Assembly: GCA_904063045.1 (NCBI GenBank)
Contig: CAJFCJ010000002.1
Coordinates: forward strand, 3,901,891-3,965,890
DNA length: 64,000 bases
Direction of reading: 5' to 3'
Source of the DNA: Dimorphilus gyrociliatus
Taxonomy: Eukaryota > Animalia > Annelida
Part shown: in pieces, positions 47,585 through 60,759 of the stretch
Layout: every line of letters begins with the position of its first letter
Numbering within the stretch: the first letter of the stretch is position 1
Made by a program: the position numbers and the translations under genes
Notes under the pieces: generated by a model
Told to the model about the DNA's origin: nothing
Database searches by the model: none
Seen by the model: only the letters and a program-made list of their open reading frames with translations

Positions 47585-50500
47585 CTATTGCTGCTGCTCT
47601 TGATTACTTTCGGAGTTGACTATTGGTATAACAGGATTGGTTGATCCGTAAGAAGTTCCAACGTTTTGTTCTACATCATCTTCGTGGAGGAGAATGTTTG
47701 GTATAAAAGGCTGTAGATAAAAAAAATTCATTAAAAATCTATGACTACATGGAGTTAACGGATATAGATTACTTTAGATGTTTCTTCCGGAGTGGGGGAG
47801 CGTCTAGGAGAATCAGTTCTCTGGAGAGCAAATATATAAAATTATATATTTTTAGAAAAAGATTAAATAATACAATAACTAAAATAGCTTTATTTACTGA
47901 AGTTTTTTCTTATATTTACCTTATACGCCATTGGACTGATCACCTTGAACCATCCAAGGCAAACTCTACCCAAAAATAAAGTTATAGTAAGAAATAGGGC
48001 GACAGTTGCAAATAGAGACAAAATTTGAACATTGCTAGATTTCTGCACTCCTCCTATTAATAGACAAAAAAAAAGCTATAAATATTAATAACGTCGCAGT
48101 ATTAAAATTTACAAACTTACCGGAGCGTACAATGATGAAAAAGACAAGGATAGCTTGGGCAAAGCTGACGGCAATGATAACGAAGTTGATGGCACTAGAA
48201 TGCACGTGCTTGTCAATTTTTGAAGGTCCATAAGCAAAATAGATATTATATCTATCAACGGCATGTTTGAATATCATATAAACCAAACCTAAATAAATAG
48301 AAATATATTACAAATGTACAAAGAGTGATATTTTTTTAAAAACTTTACCAAAAGGAGTTATAAGTGGACATAGAAGGCTGTAAGATACAACGACTGTAAA
48401 TACGCACAACATCCAAGCGTATTGCACTCCAAATTGAAATTCCCATACAACTGACTATTAGGCAAAACAAGAAAAAAAGTCACTTAAAAGTACAATATCT
48501 AGTTATTAAATTATTAAAAAATATATTTAAAACAATAACTGGATAAATAAGTAAGACTTATTTTGGAAATGTCTATCTTATCTACTAAAAAAGTACTTTT
48601 TTCGGTTTACATCTAAGCTTCGTAGCTTTTAGACGTCTTTTACACCAAGCATGCGGTGAATTCTATTAAACTTATAAGTCTAACTATTTCTATTATATTC
48701 TGTATTTTGTGTGCTATATATAAAAATAAAAAAATATTTTTCTTACCTTTCTTACTGAAGTACGCTCTGCAGCCGATTTAGCAAATAATAGTTTCATAGT
48801 ATAGATAAACAACTCTGGAAATCTTATTATTTCCGCTGCTGTTCCAATAAATGCTGACGTTATTACATAATTTACAAAAAATGCTCCATTGTCAGGAATA
48901 AAAATACATTCCCATTTAAAAGTAATAGTTTTTTCGTCCTTCGAAGCAAAATAGTCAAATAGAGCTTTTGCGCTAATTAAAATAAACAAACGAAAAGAAG
49001 TTAAACATTGATAAAAGTCGTAAAAGAAGAACAAAAATAGTAACTTACCTTGTTAAGCCGAGAGATGGTAATATTAAAACCATTAAAACAAGGAAAAGAA
49101 ATGTCTTTCTCATAACCGCATGATGTTCAGCCGATCTATTTATTTATACAATGATACTTTTCTTATGATTTTGTTTGTTTGCTTTGTTTAGTTTTTTTTT
49201 ACCTTGTCCAATGTCCAATCAATTGATCGGAATTATACACCAAAGACGGTAAGAGAGCTGATGCTAACCATAGAATTAGAGTAGGTATAAATTGAGCAAG
49301 TAGATGACTCTATTTAATAAAGAAACACGAGCAATTAGAATAATATTAATAGGTTTAATAATATAATAAATTTGATACGAACGTGAAGTTTATCCAACGC
49401 ACTTTTGTAATAATTCCCTTCATTTAATAAATTTAGGACAATTGATGGAGTTGTTAGAAAAAATAATAGTATAAATAGTAGAGCATTGATAAAAAATGCT
49501 TTTGACCACCAGATGGCAGGAGAAATTGAAAGATTTTCCCTTTTAAGTTAAATAATTTTTTATCTAATAGAACTGTAATTTTTTATATTCACTTACCAAT
49601 AGATATTATCGGGTGCTGGGGCGTGTTCAACTTCCCAATTAGCTACGTTTAACTCGAAACTATTTGTTGAAGGACTAGGAACGTGACCTCGGCAGGATCG
49701 TTTAAAATCATTTCGAACACTGTTTGACATTAGCATGAATCATTCTAAATATTAAAAAAGAGATAATTAATTAATACACATACCTTAATGCGGCGTTTTC
49801 CTCTTCAAAAGTCACAAAAGCTATTCCCAAAGGATCTCGAAAAGCGTGTACTTTTTCGCTATCTACTTCATCCCTATATTTTTCAAGTTTGCTTGAATAG
49901 TAATCAATAGCATCTACGTGTTTACAACCACAACACGTGCAACATTTGCAACAATGTCCACAAACGAATGGTAACATTGTTGGCCTTTCGCCAGTTTTTT
50001 GCAAAATAATTTGAGAATTATTTAATCCTTCAAACGCTCTTTGCTTCTTTTTATCCAACGCAACTAGTTGGGTTATGTTGTACGCAAACTGAACATCTTC
50101 TACTCTCGTATCTGGATAAGCTTGTTGAAAATGTTCCATAATCGTTGTTTTAAAGCAATGCTGAGATGGAATATTCATTATCATGACTGTTCTTGTTACA
50201 TGACCATCGATATCTTCATGTCTCAATTTGGATGTAAAGTGTCGCATCAGCAAAATAGCAATACAGAGATAGGCAATAGCTCCCGTTGCGTGAACCCAAA
50301 GCAGAGGCGACCTTGTTTGCAGATAAATCGAATTATTTTAAGAACGAAATAATATTTATTATAATAAAGTAAATTACAGTGAATTACTTACGACACATCT
50401 AAATTACTCATAGTGGAAAATCCAAATGATTGTCGATCGCGTTCTAATGTTCCCTTAAAATTGATGGGAAGTACAACGCCAATACAAAATGCAGTAATAA

Positions 50501-51596
50501 TTGTTGTAAATATAATCAGATAACGTTGAAATTTAAGATATTGAATAGCGTCCCTTCCAGATTTTTGAAGAATATGCTCATCACTATATATTTAAAAAAC
50601 TATTCATTAAATGATTATGATCTCGAAATAGAAATGTTAACAAACGTTATTTTAAAGAAAGCTACTATCCACGAGCAAAATCCCTGTAGCATGGAAATTG
50701 TATATATTATAACATATATAAATAATATATCTACATATCTGTAAACCGTCTTTTTTTTATATTACCTTATCTTGGTTTTGTAAACTTTGATCAATAGATA
50801 TTTCCGACGTCCATCCATCTGTGTTATCTCTATTCCCGTAGAATAGAGAAGTCCACCTAAAAAAACAAAAACAATAATAAAAATACAGCTATATAATCAA
50901 TAGTTTAAAAAGCATCAATTCAAAAAGGAAAAAGAAAGCAATAGGATAAGCATTTAAAAATAATAAATTAAAGCATTCGAAAATAGTCGCCTAGTCTAGA
51001 AAATAAATAATTCAAAACACATACACATTATATCTCGATTCATATGGTAGTAATTCTCTACAAAACAGAATACAATATTAAAGGAAGAAGAAGGAGCAAA
51101 CCAATAAAATAAAAGAAGGAAATGGATGACAATACAAATATGTATAAAAATAAAAATATATATCATTGATAAGAGAAAAAAAAGTAGATCCACAGTTAAT
51201 ACATTAAATTAAAAGGAGATTGCTATTTTAAATATTCATATAATCTATAATATCTACTTTTATCAATATTATTTAAAATCAAAGGATTTTAAAGTATTAC
51301 CTTGATTCATTTCGACTAATTAATGCAATCCTTCCATAATCCCATGCAAGTTTTCGGAGAAATGAGAATAAAATTAGTAAAATCTTCAAAATATAAATCA
51401 TTTAAGTAGATTATTAAATGATCATTAAAAATAAATGAATACCAACCAGCCAAATTGAAACATTCATCACTAAATTCTCTGGAATGCCTTCATAACCTTT
51501 TATAATAAAGCTGGTTCTATTGTGATGATCTGTATAATATCGATCACACTTGGGCACGGGAGCTGATGTTCCAAACATATTGTCTGTCACGTTCAT
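47585..51596 (-). CDS. TMEM63: TMEM63 / OSCA mechanosensitive channel
   Basis: [91 protein letters not shown]; stop at 47585-47587. Confidence 0.92.
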
Positions 51597-52468
51597 TTTT
51601 TATATATGCATTTGATATTCGATTCCTCTTTAAGTTGCCAGCCTTTAACCAATTCTGCATAAAGCGGAATCGTTACTTTTAAAAATATATTTCGAAATTA
51701 TTTTTAATGTTTAACTTAGGTATATAGAATTTATTTTTAAATTTCATATTTTCTGCATCATAGAATTCAAAGAACGTTTGTCAAATGCCACGTTCTATTC
51801 GTATGAGTTAATTATAAATATTGTATATTGCAATTGATAATTAATAATATTGATGATGAAATGAATATCATCAAATTAATGAACTACTATTCATTTCGAA
51901 ATCAAAAGAACTTATCGTTTTTTGACTAGAAACGTGTGTGAAATAAACTGAAATATTAACATTTAAAGAAATTGACATCAAAATAACCGTTAAAAAATTT
52001 AGAATGTTACAGATGTAAATATAAATACTGCAATTATGACCACTTACCAAGGAGAGATATAATTATTATTCAGAAAAAACTTCATATCACGTGATAAACT
52101 TGATCGATTATTAGTTTCGTATTTTTTAAAATCTATAACAACATGAAGGTAGTAATTTTGTGTTTAGGATATATTTAATGTATAAGCTATAATTTAGATC
52201 ATCAGCATTTTATATGTATATTATTTAAAATTCGAAGATACTTACGTTCTTACCGGAAGTTAGGAAAGCGTGCTTCGTTTCACAACTTTCTAAGATATTT
52301 CCCTTAGTTAAAGGACTCTACGTCGTCATTACACGTTACTCGGATTTCGGTGCGCATTTATAATATATAAAAGTCGAAAGTTATTTAATTCTGCAATACT
52401 AATACTTTAATCCTTTATTTTAGACCGTATTATTTTGGAAATAAATTGATAGTTAAATTTTGCTAAAG

Positions 52469-53914
52469 ATGACTGAAAATAATGGTAATTCGCTCGCCCA
52501 GCTTAAGTTAAAAATAGTTAAGCAAGTGGAGGTAAGAACATACAAATTAATGAATAAATAAAAACTTATACTACTTTTATATTTAACAGTATTATTTTGG
52601 TGATATCAATCTTGTGAGGGATAACTTTCTGAAAGGTCTCATTAAAGAGAATGATGGCTGTATCCTTTGTTAAATAATATAAACGTATCATAATTCCTAG
52701 ATAATTTAAAGTCATATTGCTATACGTGTTAAATTTCCTTAACTTTCTGAATTATAGGGGTTTCTTTGGAAAATATGATAAAATTTAATAGATTGAAAGA
52801 ATTGTCGACTGATTTGAAAGTAATAGCTGAAGCTCTTGATGAATCAAAATCTTCTTTGATTGAGCTTAATGAAGATAAGACACAAATAAGACGAGTACTA
52901 GAAAAACCCATTCCAGAAATGAACGAAGAACGAAAAGAAATGCTAAAGGATTTAACAATCTACGCCGTAAGTACTGTTAACTCTTTCTATCTCTATTGTA
53001 ACAATTAACAAATTTGAAAATGTCTACAGAAAGGATTTCCTCTCGAGTCTTCAATGACAGAACTAATGACATATTTTGAGGAATATGGAAAAGTTCAGCA
53101 TGTGCAAATGCGCCGAGATAAACAAAAAAAATTTAAAGGTTCCGTTTTTGTTATTTTCGAGGAAAAATCGTCTCTTGATAAATTTTTGGCGGAGGAAGGG
53201 ACGAAGTATGGAGAAACAGAGCTTGTAAAAATGCTAAAGTGAGCGTTTCCAAATTTTAACCACAATATTTTTAAACATCATATAATGCTTTCAGAGATGA
53301 TTACTGGAAGAAAAAAATCGATGAAAAAAAAGACCGTAGGGAACAGGAAAAACAGGATAAAGAACAGTGAGTTCAATCGTTGACATTTACTTTGGGGTTT
53401 ACTTTATGCGTCACTTTTTTATTCCGCAGGGCCGAACAAAAGCGCATAGACGAAGAAAGAAACAGATTTTTAGAAAGAGTAACCAAGGGTGCAGTTTTGA
53501 AATTAACAGGCATAGCTAAAACAATCTCGTTTGAAGAGGTAAAGAAATTTTTTAACGAAGTAGCTGAAGTAGCTTATGTGGCTTATAAAACTGGAGATAC
53601 TGAGGTAATTCATTAAATTTTCATTTTAAATTTTTCTTATAGTTTTTAAATTTCAGATGAACATTCGCTTTAAAGAAGAAAACGATGCAAAAAAAGTGTT
53701 TGAGCAATTGGAAAAATCTGGAAAAATATTATACAACGAAGAGGAACTTGACGCCACTGTTTTAGAAGGTGAAGAAGAAATAGAATACTGGAAAGATCTC
53801 TTTAGAGAGAGAAAATCCAATCCTAAAAGCAGAAGGGGAGGAAAACGACAAGGTGGTAACCGAGGAGGTTATGGTCCAAATTCTAAAAAGAGAAGGGTCA
53901 ATGGAAACAATTAG
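52469..53914 (+). CDS. SSB: La protein / SS-B (La motif, RRM1, RRM2, RGG tail)
   Basis: KIVKQVEYYFGDINL..DNFL, GWVSLENMIKFNRL, FKGSVFVIF, second RRM, SRRGGKRQGGNRGG, KKRR NLS-like. Confidence 0.93.
52660..52757 (+). other. U12-type (minor spliceosome) GT-AG intron in La/SSB
   Basis: 5' GTATCCTTT, branch TTCCTTAAC (52735-52743) 14 nt before the AG, no polypyrimidine tract; removal restores the conserved W of DGWV. Confidence 0.9.
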
Positions 53915-54250
53915 ACTTAGGATATTTTCTGGCATTTATGTTTGGTTAAATCTAGACATTTGTAAATCTTTATAGAAAAAATTTCTCTCTGGAGAATTTC
54001 TTTCGAATTTTTGATATAAAAATATGTCACCTTTATATAGTTTAAAGAAAGTTGTTACACATGGCTGTGTAATGTTGTAAGTTGTTTGTTGCGTTAAATT
54101 TATGGATTTTGAAATTTAATATCATCTATTCGCATCTAAAAATATATTTAACTCCAAAAAAGATTTTTGTATAAGTCGCAATTTACAGGAAATTGGTATT
54201 CTTTCTAGAATCTATATTTAGAGCATTAAAATTTACACTATATGGTGTAG

Positions 54251-54268
54251 ATATATATATATATATAT
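54251..54268. repeat. (AT)n microsatellite
   Basis: AT run between the convergent 3' ends of SSB and the CRAL-TRIO gene. Confidence 0.85.
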
Positions 54269-54423
54269 GTATATGTATATTTCTCAATTTATGTACAGAG
54301 ATATGCATTAAAATGGCTTCTTAGTATCATTTGTCGACCAGAAATACTCAAGGCATTTTGTGCTTAGGAATAGCGATTAAAATTTTCTATACCTTGGCGT
54401 TGCTTTATGCTAATGCTCAATCT

Positions 54424-55704
54424 TCAATCTTCTGTTGGTAAGCAAGTTGGATCAAGATATTCTTCTAATTGCTTTTCATTATATACGAAAGTGACTTTAC
54501 TTACAGTACCATCGTGAAGCCTGCAAAACAGAACGAGAAAAAATTTGTTAGCATAATTAATGTTTTGTTCTTGAAATCGGACTCGACTTTTCCTTATAAT
54601 CGTCATAAGTAGGATATATTTTCAGACCTGGGATAAAACAGTTTGGCGAATATTTTTACTAACCATGGTCTAATTATTGCCCAGCATCCGTAAAATATCA
54701 TTGGGGCATTGAGTATAAGACAGATACCCAACCTTTCCGGATAGTACTTGCCTAAAACAGTGATGAGTTGTTTCACAAATTGATAATCCATATTCGACAT
54801 GCAAAAATCTTTGAGATCGAAAGCGATACATAAATTATCGCATTCTGGAGTACATTTTTTAACAGCCTTCTCTAACATATAGACTATAAATTTTGTAGAA
54901 GCATCTATATCTCGTTCGTATGCGTTGTGCTTTTTTGCAGATATGTAAAGTATCGGTCTCCCTGAATTATCCTTCTGGCTGAGTAATACACCTTTTCCAG
55001 TTGCAAATTCTTTCTCAACATCTGGATCAGTAATATTCAATTCGTCAACTTTCATTTCCTCCCGCCATTTATTCGTTTTCAAAAGCATTTTATAAGCAAA
55101 TTCACTAGTTTTAAAAGCCTTGAGAAATCTCCAAAGAGAGGCATCATCGTGGTACTGTGTAGGATCCTCATCAAAGAGCGGCTGCAACAAACAGTTCGTG
55201 AAATGCAATTTAAAAGTAAATATTTACCTATTTATATATAAATGGAATTTTTATATTCAGTTTGCCAGTGTTTCTCTTAATACGCTATTATCAATTTGCT
55301 TAAACGTTGTCTTGTAGTAAAAAAAGATAAATTCGATTGAATTAAATAGACGCAAAATAGAAGAAATTTATTATTATTGATAAAATAAATAGTTTAAAAA
55401 ATTAATTAATTAACAAATATGTCTCAGTGTAATCAGCTTAAAGATTTTACACAGCAAAGTAGGGTATGTATCATTACCCTGTAGACTATATTTTCTCTAC
55501 AACATACTCTATTATTATCTCTCTATTATTATGAATAATATCTCTTGTCGATAGCTTCTATTTATTTAATATTTATAAGCGAATCTTTTTTATATTCCTA
55601 AAATTATCCCTTGGAGAATTGTGGTTAATTATTATTACCTTGCATCGTTCTTTTAACTCGAGAAATTCTTCATCAGTTGGTGTGCAAAGTGTATCGTTGG
55701 CCAT
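54424..55704 (-). CDS. CRAL-TRIO (Sec14-like) lipid-binding protein, 3 exons
   Basis: Exon 1 MANDTLCTPTDEEFLELKERCK; DDASLWRFLKA, GRPILYI, FDLKDF, YPERLGICLILNAP, WAIIRPWLH; stop 54424-54426. Confidence 0.88.
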
Positions 55705-57031
55705 AATTTCTCTTTTATTTACCAATCAGTTACTCACTTTAGAATCTTCTTTAAATCATTATACGGAATTATTCGATGAAATTATTTAAAATAATGTCGC
55801 AACCGCTTATCCATATGTTGACTAAAGTCAACGGGAAAAGGGGCGCCACCGTCATGCAAAGGATAGGAGAGAAGTGTATACCTACAAATCGATGTTGTAA
55901 ACGTTCGAGTGATTTTTTCTACCAAGTTAAAAATATGAGTTTTCTTTTAAAAAAAAAGAAATACTTTTTAAATGCATTTTATGACATAAACAAGTTATCT
56001 TGACTAATTAAAAAATAACACTAAATATCATTTTCTATAGATGTTATGTATTGCAGAGAAATCATAAACGGGAACTAATCTTTTTAACAAAATTAATTCT
56101 GGATTAATATAAACCACTAATTGCAAATTACCTCAATTATTTATGTAAAGATATTTAACAACGTTTAAAAATCATTACTTCCTTTTAAATATTCATGACT
56201 ATTAAAGATAATTGTTTATACATAGTACAAGATCTCTTTTTGTTTTACTACCATTTCTTAATAATTGTCAAGTTGTTTCACATCGACAAGCCTTTATGTA
56301 CAGTGTATATAAAATATTAATTGTAGTGTATACAGCCATATACTTTTTACAATAGATAGCCAATGTTTAAGTAGTAAAAAAAGTAGTCAATAATTCACCT
56401 TTCGCTCGTTCGTTCTTATTGTAATCATGGTTATTATCAATAGAATATCATCATTTTCCAGCTATTAATACATGTAAAAGTGTGAAAAACATTGTACTCT
56501 TCTTTTTAATTATAAACCTTTGGTATTCTACGAAGTCTGTTTCAATTATTATTACCCAGCTGGATTTGTAGGGTGAGGATAATGATGTTCTTAGCTTTGA
56601 AACAATGGAAACTCTGTCAAACTTTCGTAACATTTTGTTACATATAATGAATTCACTTAAATACTGTACAAATAATATTTTAATAAGCTTTATAGCATTT
56701 TTATCTTGCTGACAAAGGCTTTTGCTGTTAACTTGCAAATATCAACCGTAAATAATGTAATCGAAAAGATACAATTGTTGAATAAAAAAGCTTTTTCCAG
56801 GATCTGTACACACAATACATTTTCTGTACATATATTTCCTTTTATATCAAAGAAATTCTGCCTAATGGTTGCTTTTAACCCTCTTTATTAAAGATCTGTA
56901 GTATTCATTAAAATAAAGGAGAAAGGTGTCTTTTTTCAACTTAATTTTGTAATTAAACAGTTTTAAACAATTAACATAATACAATAATTATTTCAAAAAG
57001 AAAAACTATGAACAGTAAAAAAGTATGTGAT

Positions 57032-60000
57032 TCAAAATTTGAACTTGTACTTTTTTGAAGATTGACCGCTTGCTTCTTGCTGCTTCTTTCGTTTCTGTAG
57101 AGAAAAAATCAATTAAAAGTAAGTATGACCTAAAATATATATTTACCTTGGCTTGTTTTGCGGCGTGTTCTGCAACCATGTCAGACAAATCTTCTTTTTG
57201 AAGACTACTATGCTGTTCTTTGAGTTTTGTTTCATATTTATTTTGCATTGCGGCAGAATCAAGATCAAGTTCATCTGGATCTAATGCGACTTCAACACCT
57301 TCGGCTGTTCCCTTTTTACTCACTGCACTCACGTCGTAAACATGTGAACTACCCATCATAGCTGAACCAATTCTAATTTGCTTTTCGGGGATAACGTGAT
57401 AGAGTGCTGGTGTATCACCACCTTGTTCCATCTGATCTTCTATTTTCTGTTTTCTTAATTCAATCGAAGCTGGTGTTTCCATACCAGCAGGTACCGTTGA
57501 AGTTCCACTTGGGGTTACTAAACCAGCATCACCAGGTGTTACGAGGCCAGCTGGATCGATAGTAGATTTCTCTTCATCTTCCTCGTCTTCAGATTTTTCC
57601 TCTTCCTCTTCTTCACTTTCAGACTCCATTTCTCCCCACAGAGTTATATCGACATCGTCTTCGTCCATTAACTGATTTCTAGGATCGTGCTGATTGGCAC
57701 CAAATACATCTCCGTACAAGGGTTTTCCTAACTCATCAACGGGAGGCTTACCCCAACCACCTTGTGAAAATAAAATATTTTAATTTAAAAAGTGTGCTAT
57801 TTCACATTTTTATCATGTACTGGCTTTTAAAAGATAGGGCAAAAATTTACCTGCATGATAACCAAATGAACATTCTTGTGGGATAGGTGCATTCAAACCG
57901 GCAATTTTAAGATTAGGATAAGATGGAGGTGGCCCATATCTCTGCATAGCAATGAGCCATGGAGGAGGTATTTTTTCGGCTCCCGCTCCTATTGGCATTC
58001 CAAGTGCTATTCTTAAATCATCACTGATATTTCCAGGTTTTTTTTGCTTCAATCGTGTTTCGAATTCTTTTCCTTCATAGTATAAATCACCATGAATAGT
58101 CATATTCGGTTTCGTTTGGAAACGAAAGAAAGCATCGTGCAATTTCTGATAATCGATATCAATTTTACCCATTTTAGGTCTTATTCGTTCTCTCATTTTC
58201 TGTTTAAGTGTTTTCGCATCTTCTTTTTCAGAAACAGCCTCACGCATTTGCATTATACCAGTATTTTTAATGAATTCTGGCAATTCAAAGGGTGGCTTCT
58301 CAAATCCTCTCTTACCTTAAAACAGGGAAATGATAAATAAAGCGTTCATTTATTTCTTTTTTTATATTTACCTTGTAAATATTTTCTTTTAAAACACCAA
58401 TGTCTTGGAACAGGAACAATATTACGGCAACTCTTTAAGTGAACTAATAATTTAGGGTCTCTTGCCGTAACATCATACATTTCAACTACATCTGGTCTTA
58501 AAACCAGTTGTTTCAGTTCCGCTACACTCAATCTGTTAAGTTTCTTAAGTTTTTTCTTCGACATTTTAGGCTTCTCGTTGTCTTTCTTGTCATCATCTTC
58601 TTCTACATCAATGATACCTGCGAAAAAAAATACAATTATTTATTTTTCAGCCTCTCATAGTTAATAAATAATATGAAGTTTATCTTACCTCTAGCTTTAA
58701 CAGGAATGTGATCTAGCCTCTGAATTTTGTCTTTATCATCTTCCTTTTCTTCCTTTATATCTCCTGTTGTAATACGAAACTGTTTGAAAATATCCTTAAA
58801 TTGAGAAAAAACAGGATCAGATTCGTCCAATTTCTCTTCCACATATTCGACTTCAATATCATCTTCAGTCTTCACATCGTCCACACCATTCTCTTCTAAT
58901 TTTTGCTTTGCTAATTGATTTTTAAGCATTTTTGCCCTCTTTTTTCTTCTCTTTTTCTTTTGATTCTTTGTTTCTTTACGATCTGGAAAATGTAAACATG
59001 ATTACTACATATGAATTTTGTTTTTCGGCTGAATTAGATATAAAATTTTTTAAGAAATTGTAAACAAACCTGTATTGGTTGTGTCTACTGTGACTATTTC
59101 TCTTTTAACTGAAACTTCTTCTATGACTTCTTGCTTAGGTTCTAAGTGTCCAACTTCTTCAATCGATTGGCTTACACTCTCTTCCATAGGTTCAGAAGCA
59201 TTGGAGCTGCTGTCACGTTGAAGTTCAACATTATCCGCGTACGTATAAATTTGGGGTTCATTTCGACTCAGATTCTCCTCTGATCTTTCCTTTTCGTATG
59301 ATAAATCTTTTTCTTGATATTCATCTATTGCCCTTGTTGACAAAGGTTCCTCCCTCTCAGAAATAGTCTCAGGTTCCTTTACAGGTTCAATATTGGCTGT
59401 GACGTTATCATTTTCCCCACTTTTATTCTCTAAATTAACAGGTTCTTGGATTGGCTGACCTTTATCAATGATATTTGACTCTTCAGTTGCTTGCGGTACA
59501 GATTCTGAAACTCTTGGTTCTTTCACAATTTTTTCCTCAACATCTATCCTATCAGCGCCCGAGGAATCAACAGACTGACCAATAGTTGGTTCATTATCTA
59601 TAGTTTCTATAAATATATATTTATAGGAAATTGCAAAAAAGAAATTATCCAAATCTAATTATATTTTCTCACCTGATTGACTCTCTGACTCCGGAAGTTT
59701 TGGGATTTCAGGCTGTTCACTCTTTTCAGGGGAAATTTGAGACTGCAAAAAGATTGAAAGGTAAACATTAGTGGTATATAGAGAAACATAACTTTCAAAG
59801 GTTATTGAATCATTAATTAAGGAGAGTTTTGTCATTTCTCGGAATAATAATTACTAACAAGGGATATTTTTTGTTATTTAAATATACCTAAGGTCATTAA
59901 TTACAGAAATTAGTAATGTAAGCATTACCGGAATAGATTTCGAATCCTCTGTGAAGCTATCTTCTTCACTAGTCGTTTCAACACTCACTATATTTGCAAA

Positions 60001-60191
60001 ATTAACCTCAATATAGATCGATCAAATTTTTGTATTTGATTGTTACCTTCAGAAGATATATCTTTGTTTTTCAAAGCTGCCTCTAAACGCCTAACTAAGG
60101 TTGCCTTCTTTCCGGTTATGTTCAGGCCACGATTTTTTAGTTCTTCACGTAACTCAGCGACTTTTAAAGATTTCGGATTAATATCCGACAT
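57032..60191 (-). CDS. SF3B2: Splicing factor 3B subunit 2 (SAP145)
   Basis: SAP domain LKVAELREELKNRGL..G.K..LV.RL; PVPRHWCFKRKYLQG, MGKIDIDYQKLHDAFF, PPPWLIAMQRYGPPPSYP, GYHAGGWGKPPVDE, DLSDMVAEHAAKQ, KKYKFKF*. Confidence 0.96.
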
Positions 60192-60291
60192 ATTTATAGT
60201 TTAATCGAAGATCTTGAAGACCGGTGAAATTGTTTACGAATGTTGGAACTACCTCCTGAATATCGCTATCCGGATATCGATGTAGAAGCGC

Positions 60292-60312
60292 ACTTCCGTT
60301 TCAAGATGGCGG
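60292..60312. promoter_or_regulatory. ETS-like + YY1-like motifs in the SF3B2 promoter
   Basis: ACTTCCG (60292-60298) directly followed by AAGATGGCGG (60303-60312), about 100 nt upstream of the SF3B2 ATG. Confidence 0.5.
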
Positions 60313-60759
60313 AGTAGCAGAAGGCTCCAGATTTAATTCTTTCAAAAGTTATTAATTGTTAAAATCGAGTTTTTTTTATCTGAATTGATCCAATTTAAAG
60401 TGATACTTCTAACGAAAAGTTTTATGATATAGCAATTGTTGCTAACTGTAGAAACTGCGAAGTAAACTATTGAATATTTTCACTTCGGTAAAAATTTAGT
60501 TTAGGTTACGAAGATAACTTAGTTTAAGTAGTTTTTCCACTTTAAATTAGAAACAAAAAATAGTAAATCTTCATACTGAGAATAAATTTAATAATACCTT
60601 TACTTAAATTAATTTCTAAAGTCTTTTTATAGTTTTTAGTAATTGTATATTCAACCAAGAAAGCTAGTGCTCAACGAAATTTGAAATGTTAATAGATCAT
60701 AACAAAGAGATTCGGTGCCTAAACGTTAATTAATACAGTATTTATCAAATTATCTAATA

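Noticed and set aside
51851-51951. TGATGA ... CTGA as a C/D snoRNA
   Set aside because: Opposite strand to the host transcript and no recognisable rRNA guide.
56451-56891. ORFs 56451-56738(-) and 56706-56891(+)
   Set aside because: Non-ATG starts in the track, AT-rich, no coherent splice model or motif.
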